From: Blastocystis sp. subtype 4
Lineage: Eukaryota
DNA: 32,766 nucleotides
Assembly (NCBI RefSeq): GCF_000743755.1
Contig: NW_014569443.1
Coordinates: forward strand, 1 to 32,766
Direction: 5' to 3'
The position numbers and the translations under genes were made by a program. The notes beneath the pieces were generated by a model that worked only from the letters and a program-made list of their open reading frames with translations, was not told the DNA's origin and did not search any database. Shown here piece after piece: positions 15,586 through 27,264 of this stretch (position 1 is its first letter; each line of letters begins with the position of its first letter).

Positions 15586-17445
15586 ATTCCTGTCTCTTAT
15601 ATATTAGAATACTACTTTCAGATACACTCACAAGTTCTGGTTGTGTCTCTTTCACCAACAATTCCTGAACTTCATACCAGGTATTATCAGCAGCGTTCCG
15701 AAGATGAATACGATAACAACCAGTCTCAATAGGATTCTGGGCCACCTTCCTTGTATCATCACCTCCTTCTTTCAATTCCACATCATGACACAAATTAGCT
15801 ACCAAATCGAACTTTGTACATGTCATTACTGGAAGGAGCATTCCACCTCGTTCCACCATAGCCAGAGCATGCGCACGTAGATCCTCGAAGGAAGCATCCT
15901 TGGCACATTCTTCTCCATTGTGTGTGATGAACGCACGCAGAGGCTTTGAACTCATTTTCATCACGATCTCACGCGTTGCAGCTCGGACTGGAGGGAAGAA
16001 AAAGTCCTTCATCTCGAGGTTTCGAACAGGGAACAGCACAATTGATGTGTCCTTCTCAAAGAAGAACTCATTTTTGGTGAATCGGTTGATATTCATGAGC
16101 AGATAACGTGGTAACGATGTGATTCGATACGTCTTTTCAATATTGTTCCAGATCTCCTAATTCTGAGTCCATTCCCTCAATGTGACTTTGGTTGTTTTAA
16201 CTCCATCAAATTTTCCAAGTAACGAATATAATGGGAGCTGTTGAACCACCAAGTCTCGATTCTTATTTTTGAACAGTGGAATTGGAGGCAGGTCCAGTGA
16301 GAGCATGAGGAAATCTGAGATCTTAGTACTTGTAGTAACCTATATGATAGTGTGACTCTGAATATTACATCATAATCGGTATAATTGGTCTCACTCTTCC
16401 CTGTTTCCATTTCTTCATGAGAACGTTTTTTCGATTCAGCCTACATATTAGACCATCTTATGAACCCAACCAATGTAAACTTCTTCGAAGTTATTTCAAT
16501 ACGACCCTTAAAACACATATCAATCACAGTTGTTTCTAATCTTCATTTTTCTCTTCATTATCTACTGTGTTCCTTATCATGCAATCCAGTATTAAGAGAA
16601 TTGATGAGCCAGCGGAGGAAATCAGCAGCGTCTTTTCTCTCATTAACTGTGTATCGATCCTTGCTACTTCGGATTACTTCATTTACGAACTTCAGTGGAG
16701 TAGGAAACAAAAGACTTACTTCATGAGGCGAGACATGACTTTTAAAACGGTAATGTGACCATAACTTCCTCATGAGAACACCAAAAGCATGAACAAGAGG
16801 ACTCTAAACTGAAATCCATTATGAAATAGTACTTTAGAATACGAATAATTGGATGGAATGAGGAAGAAATCACGAATTGGAGTAACATGAGAAAGTGCCT
16901 CCACAACAACGTTTATGTAATCCGTTTTCCCGATTACATTCATTCCCATAACTCCAGGAAGATACTCGTCTCCTGAAGGAACACGATAAACTCGACTATT
17001 GCTATCGAGTTGCTTGATATCGTCTGTTGTGTATTCAGGATCAAGAGCCATTTTGATATCATTGAGTGAAGGATCAAATACTTCGTAATTGTCAGGAAGA
17101 CAGTAGAATCTACATGTGAGTCAATTCTCTTGCTCTAACTTTTTGGTTTCGACATTTAAGAATACATGATGTCCGTGTTCCAGAGAATGAGTAAATGCAT
17201 GTGTATTCTCACCTCTTCCCTAAAATACGAGATGTAACAAATGCCATACCTGGATATATACTCCACAAACTAGACAAATGTAGACATTCTTGTGTGAGAG
17301 AGAAATGGAGCATTCCTATTTCTGAGAAACAAATGTTACACCAAACTTTTTCCAAATCAAAGTCAAGTACTTTCCGATCCACAGTATCTAGATATGGGCA
17401 TTTTCGTTGTTCTCGTTCTTGAGCGACCCGAAGACGCGGTTGCAT
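15586..17445 (-). CDS. USP39: U4/U6.U5 tri-snRNP protein USP39/Sad1 (inactive deubiquitinase); stop predicted to be created by polyadenylation at T15586
   Basis: CPYLDTVDRKVLDFDLEK, zf-UBP, YLPGVMGMNVIGKTDYINVV (Asp at the catalytic Cys position), FKSHVSPHE, RFTKNEFFFEK, WYEVQEL..SESSILIYKRQE. Confidence 0.95.
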
Positions 17446-17530
17446 TCTTTACATAATGCTCATACGAAAGGACATACGTGGACTATTTGTATAAGAGAAG
17501 TATGAATAAGAGTGGTACAAGAAACAAATG

Positions 17531-19452
17531 AAAAGTGCATGAGCAACACTAGCAGGCGTTCTCGCAGCCATCCAAAACAGCCACCACATTCATGTCGACA
17601 ATTGTCGGATGTCGCACAAAGTGTATATTGAATGACTAAGTGTGGATATATAAAGCTTAAATCACTGACTTCACAGTCATTATCTAAAAAGAAGGCAATC
17701 ACTACGTTTCACCTATCCACAACCAACGTACTTCCATAGAGTTCAATCCACTCAATACGCATTTCTGTTTCCTGTTTGTACTGTTTCCCAATTGATTCTA
17801 CCACAAATCGGTTCCAGGTTGCCACTCCCTCTTCCATGAGTGAAGAAACTGGATTCTCTGCAACAAACGAACTCTGAAGAAGCTGAGAACAACACTTGTA
17901 CTGGAGTCGATGCCACTGACCACAGAATCGAGTGATTACTGCTATGGTTTGGAGAGCATAACGTCGTGTGGCCTATGATCAATCCAAAGAGAAAGATTAA
18001 CATGTCGAGAAGAAGTAAGCGAAGCTTGGAGAAGTGTCTGAATGGAGGATTGGTGTCGAAGAAGGAGAGGAAGCGCTAATACACTCTGCATACACTCACC
18101 AACACACTCACACAACAACTGAAGTAGGATTTCTCGATTGGATGTTTGCAAATCCAGAATAGGGATATTGAAGAGGGCATCAAACACTGAGTGATGTCCA
18201 GTGATTGTATTCAGAGCATCGACAGATACGGTTCGAATAGAAGAAGCGATATAGTCGAAAAGTGGAAAGAATTGATTACATTCCCAGGTGGAACTGACTT
18301 GTGTGATGAAGGAGTAGGAGAGGATGCAGGAGGTGTCAAGGGGAGTATGATGCATATCACAGAAAGAACTCAGTTTGTTGAGAATTCTAGTTTGGAGAAA
18401 GGATCAAAACCTACCTTGAGAGATTACTTGTAACACGATAGGTGTGAAAATCGAGAGACGATGTGTCGATCCACGATGAGAGCGATGAAAGTGAGATGGA
18501 AAAGGACTTCCAAGAAGTATGAAGATGATCAAAACAGACTTCAATGGAGAATGAAGGATGTTGATTTCGGAAGAGGAGCAGGACGAGTAGCTGCGGTAAA
18601 CGATCATATGGATTGTCGCAGGATAGGAGGATGGGAGGTGATAGCGAGAGAGAATGCTGTATAGAAGAGAGTCCCTCCTGCAGGCAGGTTGAAGCAACAG
18701 GCAGGAATATTGAGGAAGAATCACATAGATTAATAGTTGATTTGATGGGGAAAAGCGAAGTATCAATAGAACTAGAAATCAAATAGTACATCAAAGTCAA
18801 CCCGGAGGAAATGAAAAGAGAGGAATCTGCCAAGGAAAGAGGAAGAATGCCATGAATTACAGGAGTATAGGAAGAAGTAATAAATGGAAAATCCTGATAA
18901 ATCTGAGAGAATGGAGCAATCGTATGCATAATGGGACAAGAGAAGTGGACCTTTCCTAATTGGTGAAGAAGGACGTCGATTTGAACTCTAGCATCAACAC
19001 TACATTCAATAAATACTGTGACTCTCCATAAAGACAGCAAAGATACTGAACAGAAGGATCGAGACCAACATCACAAACAGCTGATCCTAAGTGAGACGAA
19101 TTCGTTGCATCTACTGTTTACAAATAAGTGAATTGAAACTTGCAGGAATACTGATCGATTGCACAATGTGATTCTCTTCATACGCTTTTCCGTCTCTGCA
19201 GTCAATCAACAAGAGTTGAAGATCCTACATGAGAATCCAGAAGAAGTGCTACTTCATTCTCTTTGGTTTCCTGAATCATATTGTAAAGTGCTTCAATGGA
19301 ACATTCCACTGACGAGCACTGTCTGATATCCACCTCTTCTCCGTTGAGCAATTCTGGTTGTTATCAGGAATTTGGATCGTACGTTGTATCTTCTCTGCCG
19401 AAGAAAGCATTTGCTTAAAGTTAATTGGTTGGATATAGTCTTTGGGTTGCAT
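17531..19452 (-). CDS. Hypothetical multi-exon protein, Leu/Ser-rich; product not recognised; probable poly(A)-created stop at T17531
   Basis: Chain of minus-strand ORFs joined by short GT-AG introns, starting MQPKDYIQPINFKQML; last exon ...CRHECGGCFGWLRERLLVLLMHF, then in-frame T 4 nt before TGTTTCTT. Confidence 0.6.
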
Positions 19453-19473
19453 AATAATGGAAAGAAACAAGGC

Positions 19474-20239
19474 AACTCTCTTCGTAATGAAACCATTTGA
19501 AAATGTAGAGCAACTCTTCTTTATTGAGAGGGACTGTTCGATTCAATTCCTCCAAGGAAGCATGAAGAATGTTTCGAAGCGAACCTAGATGAAATTGTAT
19601 CTAAGGATTTGTACCCATTGCGTCCAACAGAATTGCAGCCTTTGTTTCTGTCATTGAAGGATGGATGGCTTTGAGTAATTGAACAACTGTCTGTTCGCTG
19701 ATCTGTTGCTGTGCATTCTAAGGATAACAAGAGAGAGACAGTTTGACTTGTTGACAGAATTGTGTCACCTAGGGATGAATGAACATTAGAATTGACTACT
19801 TCTTCCTTTCGTTCGGATCCAACAAGTTTGCTCACTTGCGTCTATCTTTGAGTTGACTGTTCAGAAATACGAGCATTTCGACAGCTTGAAGTTGATTACT
19901 TGCAAAGAGAAGACAGTTTGAAGTGATTCTTTGTATCGTTTCAATTTCAGGCCATAGGATGGTTGAACTGATGTATAGGATGAAGGCGTTCTTGAATGTT
20001 TTGGATACGTCGTCAATTCGTTTTTGTAAGGCTTCATTGATCGGTTCATTCCCTTTGAGGAACAGGAAGGCGATCGTTTCGTTGCCATTCACAATGACAT
20101 CCTATAATGGGAGTTTTGAACAATGGTATACAGGTAACATCGAATCATCCAATGCGGTTCGAACGGTAAATCCCTTTTGTTGGAGAAGGGAGGAGTAGTG
20201 AAGATTGGAGTTGCGTAGTATTGCAATATTCGGAGTCAT
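19474..20239 (-). CDS. Non-catalytic XPF/ERCC1-fold protein with C-terminal HhH2 (PARTING DANCERS/Spo16- or FAAP24-like); poly(A)-created stop at T19474
   Basis: Spliced model (four introns of 29-31 nt plus one 30-nt intron): ...PDVIVNGNETIAFLFL...QKRIDDVSKTFKNAFILY...QAVEMLTQVSKL...QLLKAIHPSMTETKAAILLDAMGSLRNILHASLEELNRTVPLNKEELLYIFKWFHYEES. Confidence 0.75.
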
Positions 20240-20306
20240 TACAGGGGAGAAGGATGGAGGGAAAAGATTGAATAATTGTTGTACTTCATGGTTAAATATT
20301 CAATTT

Positions 20307-20314
20307 AACAAACA
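20307..20314 (-). terminator. TGTTTGTT poly(A) element of the RhoGEF
   Basis: Exact motif; T20319 is codon position 1. Confidence 0.8.
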
Positions 20315-20318
20315 TAGG

Positions 20319-23300
20319 ATCGATTTGGCAGAAACGATGATCTGCCAGCAATACAGGCTAACTTTTCAAAGAATGCTTCTTTTTCTTCAATACCATTACA
20401 ATATACACTTAGAGAGGAATCCGATGTAAATAGTTCAAAAGAGGCTTCATCCAATTCCCGAACCCGAAGAGTACTGACAGGGAGTTGTGTTAGATAATGG
20501 TACATGCTCTTTGACGAAAACAGGGAATGATAAAGCTGTGCGATTACAATAATATCACTGAGCAACAACACTCTCATCTCCTTTTTCCCTTTTCGATTCC
20601 ACTCACCTTTACAATACAATTCTGTAACAAAACGTCGTCCTTTGATCACCAGATCCTTCTGTGGTGGTTCCAGACTACAGCATACTTCCTGGAGGGTGTT
20701 CATTGTATCAACCTCATTCATCTTGTCATTGATAGCAGTAACAATCTCCACGACTTTTGTGTTTAGAAAATCGATTTCAGGCCTAAACGGATGATTTGGC
20801 TCCATATTGGAGAGAAGTCGTGTGAAGAAGAGAGAGTACTTGCAGATGCGCTACAAATAACAATCATCATTCAGCGGAACTTGAATGGGCTTGATCAAAT
20901 AACTAAACAAATCCAGTCCCTTCGTACGGGGATCTCGAGACAAATAGCTAACATACTCCTCCAAACCTGGTCTTTCTCGATAAAGTGTTTGGAGAAGTGC
21001 AATCGATTTGTAGTATGCATTGCAGTAGTCTGAATACAAATAGAATTGATTACTCGTTTTGAGGAATTCCCGTGATATCAGTTGTGAGAGACGAATTTCG
21101 GTGATATGTTCTTTGATAGCCATATAAAATTCGGTATGAATCTGAAGTGAATGGAGAGGAGAAGATGTACCTGAATGATCCGTTCGACATTGCAAAATAC
21201 TGTTTCAATTTCAGCTTCACTCAGCAGAGGATCTTTCTTGGATAGATTGTTAACGAAGGATGTCTGGAATACATCCTTCAATACGGTCAGATCCTTAATA
21301 TATCCATGTTCTGAAGAGAGAAACTCCCGATAAATAGCTAATCTATTGTTCATCTGGAGAACCATCTCCTACCTCTGCATGGCCATAACATCATTCATAA
21401 CAGCAAATCGCGAATTCTTGGGGTCCATGGCCTTTTCAAGATCATCATCCAATTCAATTCGGTTTGTGGAACTAGTTTTACTTTCATTCTACGTGATAGG
21501 CATTCAGGATCCTTACAGTTTGTCCCACTTTGAGACCTCGCTGAATCATCACAATGGTATTTTCACACGCAATCTTATCGCTACTGCTATCGAATCTATA
21601 TCTCAGACCTACAATTACTGGTTACACTAAGGCATACTCTTCCACTGAAATATTCACCTCTTTCTCCACAGGAACAATAAATATGATGAGTCTAGTAGGT
21701 TCGATCCGACTTTTCTCGAGTGAGAGTTGGGTCATTCGGAATTGAAACAGAATCACATATTGCCCACTGCGCCTCCATAGATTTGGGACAGCAAAGAAAC
21801 AGCAATGATCATAGATAAACAAACGGCCTCGGATTCCCTCAACAGTTCCGATTTCCTCGATTTCTTGACGATATCCAATAAGAACATCATAGCTTCCATA
21901 GAAACGATAAGGACGAGGCCAAAGAAGAGTCAGAGAGAGATTAAGAGCAATGACAGAATCGATAGGAGGAAGAGGAGTTAAAACAGGAAGGCAACAATGG
22001 ACCTAAAGGTGAGTAGTATGGTGGAGAGGAACCTAGACATGAGTGTAGCGCAATAATAGAACCTAGATATGAGTTTAGTAAAGAAGCCGTACCTGATCAT
22101 TGAGGGTGAGAACAAAGCGATATGTCTTGTTGATCAAGGTGAGAGCAGCAGACCCTTTTGGAAGTTTGAGACAGAGATTACCAAAATACATCTCATAGGA
22201 TACAATACGCTAGAGTTGAGAGTACAAATGAGAATGACTTCAAGAGGAAGAAAGAGACACGTTTCAAGGGATAATCCTCGCATTTCAACTCCATTTTGAA
22301 TGTTCTACTGTGAAAGACTCTTCCAAAAACTACTTCCATACAATAACTGAATTCATTGTTCTGTTCCAAATTAGCCAATTCTTTTAATGCAGTTCGAAGA
22401 TTTCCAATATACTTGGAAACTGTTTGAAATGGTTCATGTAGTGAGAGAAAGAGAGAAGCGAGAGCTTCTGCTTCCTCTTCTCTCTGTTTGGCTTTCACTT
22501 GAGTATCCATTCCTTCAAGGAGTTTGTCGCTAAGTTGAATCAGTTCCGGGATATTGGCAAAAATGTTCTGAATAGCATTTGGATCAAACCGTCGTAGTAG
22601 CTGATCACGGTATGTCGTGAGTGTCTGTTTCATATCTCTACAGTACCGTTGTTCCGAGAAGTAGAATTCCTCACAAAGAGAATGACTACATAACACATAT
22701 TTCACAATGATACATGAAACAGGGGTCAAGACTACGGTCCGATCGAATGGAGGGCTGTGAAACTAATAGCTCTGATTTCAGTTGATACGAAGTTGCACTA
22801 TCTCCTCCAAAATGACATTCCAGAGTTGGAGCAGGTGCAGTTCCAGAATAGACTCTCCATGAAGAAGTGGGTGGAAAGGCGTTTGGTGTGGGTTGACCAT
22901 AATAGCACACTTGCATATTTCCAAATATCCAACCAATAGCACCATCAATCCACTCTCGAGAAAGATACATATGCTGATTGTTTTCCCAGACCATCGAGTA
23001 GTTTAGCAAGCCAATGGGATAGTACGTTCCATTCACATCATGGGTACCAGCGTTGGTCACAGTAATGAATGAATAACGTTGAAGAAACTCGTTGTGATAA
23101 GAAAACATGAGCGGATGCGGAAATGGATTCCAATACATCCGGACAGCTTCACGTTTCCGGAGGTCATCGTTTACTTCATCGAAGCAAGCGAGAAAGGTAG
23201 CATTAAGGGTTTGACTAGGTAGACTACAAAATGAAAACAATCTGAGGACTATACGATACAAAGTAATGTACAACAGATTGGAATCGATCGTGGGTGGAGA

Positions 23301-23780
23301 TCATGATGACTGATTGTTTCGAATCCACTTCTTTTGGATCTTCAAGACGGATTGATTGAATTGGAAGTTGATATTTCACATAATACCGTTTACTGTACTT
23401 TCTAGGTCGACAGATGAGAAAGGAGTCTCCGACAATATAGATCATGCAAGGCTTTCGATGCTTCCCTTCTTTATTGGCTTCGGCGGTACTCTCGAAATAC
23501 AGTTTACAGTTTGGGTCTGAAAGAAGGGATGTAATTCCGCCTCCTAAGAAGGAATTGATTTGGCATAGTTTGGCTTCCGGAGTATTCATCCTTGTCAAGT
23601 TGGTTAATAGGGATGGGTGTCTTGGGTGGCGCAAAAAGTGGTTGGCGCAGGGGAATGAGATATGTATGGATAAAGAGGTGATATGTGGTAGAATAGGTGC
23701 AGATACGGGACTGTAGGTTATTTACTGCATTTTGTGATGTCAAGCATTAAGATGATGTACCTTGAACAAGGGATGCCCAT
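20319..23780 (-). CDS. Large RhoGEF: PH-like, small PP..W domain, DH-PH, DH-PH; poly(A)-created stop at T20319
   Basis: Two DH domains (EEFYFSEQRYCRDM..IFANIPELIQLS; REFLSSEHGYIKDL..VFCNVERI..LDLFSYLIKPIQ); C-terminal PH (GRRFVTE..VLLLSDIIVIA); start MGIPCS is tentative. Confidence 0.85.
22003..22092 (-). other. Three abutting 30-nt GT...TAG intron-like units with no intervening exon, inside the RhoGEF
   Basis: GTACGGCTTCTTTACTAAACTCATATCTAG|GTTCTATTATTGCGCTACACTCATGTCTAG|GTTCCTCTCCACCATACTACTCACCTTTAG; each unit ends in an in-frame TAG. Confidence 0.8.
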
Positions 23781-23799
23781 CTCCACAACCACTTCACCG

Positions 23800-23807
23800 A
23801 ACAAACA
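23800..23807 (-). terminator. TGTTTGTT poly(A) element of the RRM gene
   Basis: Exact motif 4 nt after the T of TGA. Confidence 0.8.
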
Positions 23808-23809
23808 AA

Positions 23810-25150
23810 TCAATCTAACATCCCCAGTCCAACCCCAAATTGATACGGATTCTTCTCCTCATAGGCCTATATCACACCAATCAAGTACTTCCTACACGAA
23901 CAATCTGATCAATCACAGTACTATTTCCTTTAACCCTCTCCACAGTCTTCTTTGAAGGAGAGGCTAAGGTCACAAACAACCCTAAGCGAGTAAACCGTTT
24001 CTGCTTCAAGAAGGACAAAACAGCAGCAGCATCTTCAGGTCGAGAAAACGTCACAAATGCCCGTTTCAGCTTCTTCTGCAGAAAATCGTTCATAACGGAA
24101 AAATTGTCGGTTGGGTGAATCGAATCAATCTCCTTCTTCAATCTTTCCACATTCATCGAAGAAGGAATATTTTTGATTAGCAGAACTCGCTTCTCTCTGC
24201 ATGCCGTTTCCTTTTCCTTCTTCTTCTGTTTCTTCTTCTTCTCGTTCTCCTTTTTCCGATCCTGAGCGCTCACAAAGCGGAAAAACAAAAGATGTTCCGG
24301 GTTCTACCTTAAAGAGGCACATCCAATCATACATTATCGAATCTCTCTTCAACGGAATCTTCAATAATCCGCTTCGACACTTTATGATCCACAAAGGAGA
24401 CATATCCACATTGAGTGGTGGACTCTGGTCCCTCCACAGGACCGCGGAGCTTAACCGAATCAACATCACCAAATCGCATGCAGTAATGAAGTAATTCATC
24501 ATCCGACCACGATAATGGGATATTTCGCACAAAGCAATTACGTTGATTCTTTTCCTGATACTCAGAATCGAATACAGAGCACGAAATTACGACACCTTCG
24601 ATGTCCAGACCATCTAGTACTTTTATTACACGATTCAAATCCTGTGTTGATTGCAAGACCACACCGACAGTGCCCGTAAACGATCCATCTGGGCGAAATA
24701 AAGGGTTGAGTGAACTGACAGGTGCTATGTCCCCAACTATACACTCAAGAACGTCTAACGAAATCGGAGGTTCCACTCCTTTAATATACAGCATTCTGGA
24801 TTGTTCAGATAGGAGCTCTTCTTTTGATTTCTTGTATTCAACAGAAACTATACGAGATCCGATAACATTTCCGTTGTACTTTTGAATCACTTGTTTCGCT
24901 ATATATGAATCAATTGAACATGCCAAACCATCTTCACTGTTCGTGAAATCAACAGCGGCAGTGCGTTTGCCATCAATAGACTAGAAATGAAACAAAGAGG
25001 AAGATTAAAACAGTGCTTATCGTAACTCCAATAAGGCTGTGATAGCATTGAAGGAGTTTAACGATGTCAATCTAGATTGACAACAATACTCAATTATACT
25101 TCTTTCGTTAGGCTATCTAGATTCTTGATGATCAGTGTAGGAAGGGACAT
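23810..25150 (-). CDS. Multi-RRM RNA-binding protein (about 4 RRMs)
   Basis: RNP2/RNP1-like motifs LIIKNL, LYIKGV, CFVRNIP..CGYVSF, LLIKNIP..RAFVTF; spliced end GMLD* (TGA 23812-23810). Confidence 0.85.
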
Positions 25151-25226
25151 GTGAGAGGTTCGAAATGAGGAGGAATTTGACAAAGAATTATCGGCATAAT
25201 CGTAGTTGTGGACTCGTCGTTTTGGG

Positions 25227-26068
25227 ATGAGTGATGATGACTCTGTTCCCTACCAACCCGTGCAAATTGACTATATGCGTGATGTGTTTCGACCGAAGCA
25301 GTTTGTGAAAGAAACCAAAGAAGTAAAACCAAAAGAATTGTATCAAAGTGTTTATGATAATTTGAATGTGAAAAGAAGCAGTGACAATCCAATTCGGAAA
25401 GAAGATGATCCGAAGGCACTGGAATTGTACCAACGAATTCAAGAAATCGAAAGGAAACATGAAGCTGATATTCCAAGGTATACATCTCCATCTTTTCCTC
25501 CTTTTGAAATCGATCGTTGTGCCTGTAATGAATGTAGTCCTACAATCCAAGATGATGGGTATTTATTCTGTGAATTGTGTAAAGTGGTTCTTCGGGAAGA
25601 TACATGGGTAGCTCATTTCCAGTCAATCTGTCATCAGCTGAAGCGATCCCAGTCCCATCATACCTATATTAATCCACATATGAAACCTTCCTCTTATGCC
25701 TATCACTTGTTGGAGTCTATGGGTTGGACGGAAGGTGAAGGTTTAGGTCGTGATCATCATGGAAGATTAGAGCCAATTCCAACACGATTGAAAAGGAATC
25801 GTTTGGGAGTAGGAGCCAAGGATGATAGGTAGATTGTGGTTTGTTGTGTTAATTGATAGTCCTCTCCAAGTTACTCATTCCTTTGAAGAAGATCCTAAGG
25901 TAGCAAAGGAGCGAGAGCGTTTATTGAAGGTGAGTGTATGCACCTGGAATGATGGCTAGAAGTATGGAGCGAAGCGACTAAGGAGGATCGTGAAACGTTA
26001 CTTTGCTAAGAAACGTGAGAAGGAGTTGAAAGAGCGTGAGATATGGTTAAGGGAAGAATTTCGCATAT
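25227..26068 (+). CDS. G-patch protein with C2H2/matrin-like zinc finger (GPANK1-like C-terminal module); poly(A)-created stop at T26068
   Basis: FCELCK...HFQSICH; YHLLESMGWTEGEGLGRDHHGRLEPIPTRLKRNRLGVG; last exon ...EREIWLREEFRI, then T + GGAT + TGTTTGTT. Confidence 0.88.
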
Positions 26069-26072
26069 GGAT

Positions 26073-26080
26073 TGTTTGTT
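26073..26080 (+). terminator. TGTTTGTT poly(A) element of the G-patch gene
   Basis: Exact motif; T26068 is codon position 1. Confidence 0.8.
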
Positions 26081-26215
26081 GAGAATTGCTTGTGGAAGAG
26101 ATAATGTAGTTGTTGGACGTTTGGGAGTAAGTTGAATGATAGGACTAACAAGTGTGATTATGTGGACGTTCTAGTAACATACAAATATGATAGTGTCACT
26201 GCTCATCAACACATA

Positions 26216-27207
26216 CTATAAACACAATGCAGTAATCAGAACAACTAAAACTGCAACGGCTACAGATAATGAAACGAAACGACGCTTTGGAGGGACTGAC
26301 TCACTCTGGAAAGATTCAGGATCAATCCCAGGAAGAGGTCCAAAAAATTCGTGACCATCCGATTCTGTACTCTCCAAATACTCATAGGCCTCCTTCCATT
26401 TCGCATTGACAAACTCAAACCACTCTTCCTTGGTTGCAAACTTGGTTGGATCCATCACCTCCGAGACAAATATCGTAACCAGAGAATTCTTATTAATGGT
26501 AAGGTTAACTTCGTCCATCAGTTTCTCCTTTCCATTACTCATAACAATCTGACAGGGAGTGTGCAGATTATAGGCAACTTCCATTACACCCGTCTTTAAC
26601 GATAAAGTACCTTCTCCCTTATATCGATGTCCTTCAGGATACACGATTACACCGAAATTGTCTCTACAGAATAGTTCAAATGCAAAAATAAAAACCTCAC
26701 AGCCCAATTCTTCTTGAAAAACGAAGTGAACCAATCTCGACTAATCCCACGGTGACGTTTAAAAAACCAAATGAACTGATTTAGGTAGCCGCAAAGACAA
26801 GCAGTAGGAAATGCAAATATTACAGCCATTCTAGAAAGATAGCTACTGTTAGGAATCATGTCCCTATAATTCAGTCTAGTCCCATATCTGGCACCCATCC
26901 ACAAAAAAGTCTGCCCAAGAACGATGATTCACAAAATACATTGTTTTTCCACCATTCAACTTATGAGATCCTTTCACACAAGTATATCTGGGATTAAGGT
27001 ATTGTGCAAGCTACAAAAAAGGAAAAAAAAAAGAAATGTACGGCATGAACGATGTGGTAGGGAGTTCCCTTTCCAGTAATCATGACATAGAGTGCATATC
27101 TACACTGATTCAGACCAACGTATCGAGTACACAAGACTGTACATGTTCAAACGTATGTACACAATCCCGAGAAGAATAACATTGAAAATTCGCTTAATAG
27201 AGATCAT
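26216..27207 (-). CDS. Phospholipid/glycerol acyltransferase (PlsC/LPAAT family)
   Basis: NHRSWADFF (NHxxxxD), IWFFKR, VYPEGHR, LKTG, C-terminal TM anchor. Confidence 0.9.
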
Positions 27208-27252
27208 TAAAGGGAAATGTGAGCAAAATGTAAATACCGTGGTTATTCACAA

Positions 27253-27260
27253 AACAAACA
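27253..27260 (-). terminator. TGTTTGTT poly(A) element of the SLC35B1-like gene
   Basis: Exact motif; T27265 is codon position 1. Confidence 0.8.
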
Positions 27261-27264
27261 ATCC

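Noticed and set aside
16880..16960. Missing catalytic Cys in the USP domain
   Set aside because: A normal, established feature of USP39/Sad1
17310..17350. Apparent non-AG acceptor in the first USP39 intron
   Set aside because: A canonical 31-nt GT-AG intron (AAA|GTTTGG...AAATAG|GAA TGC) restores the frame
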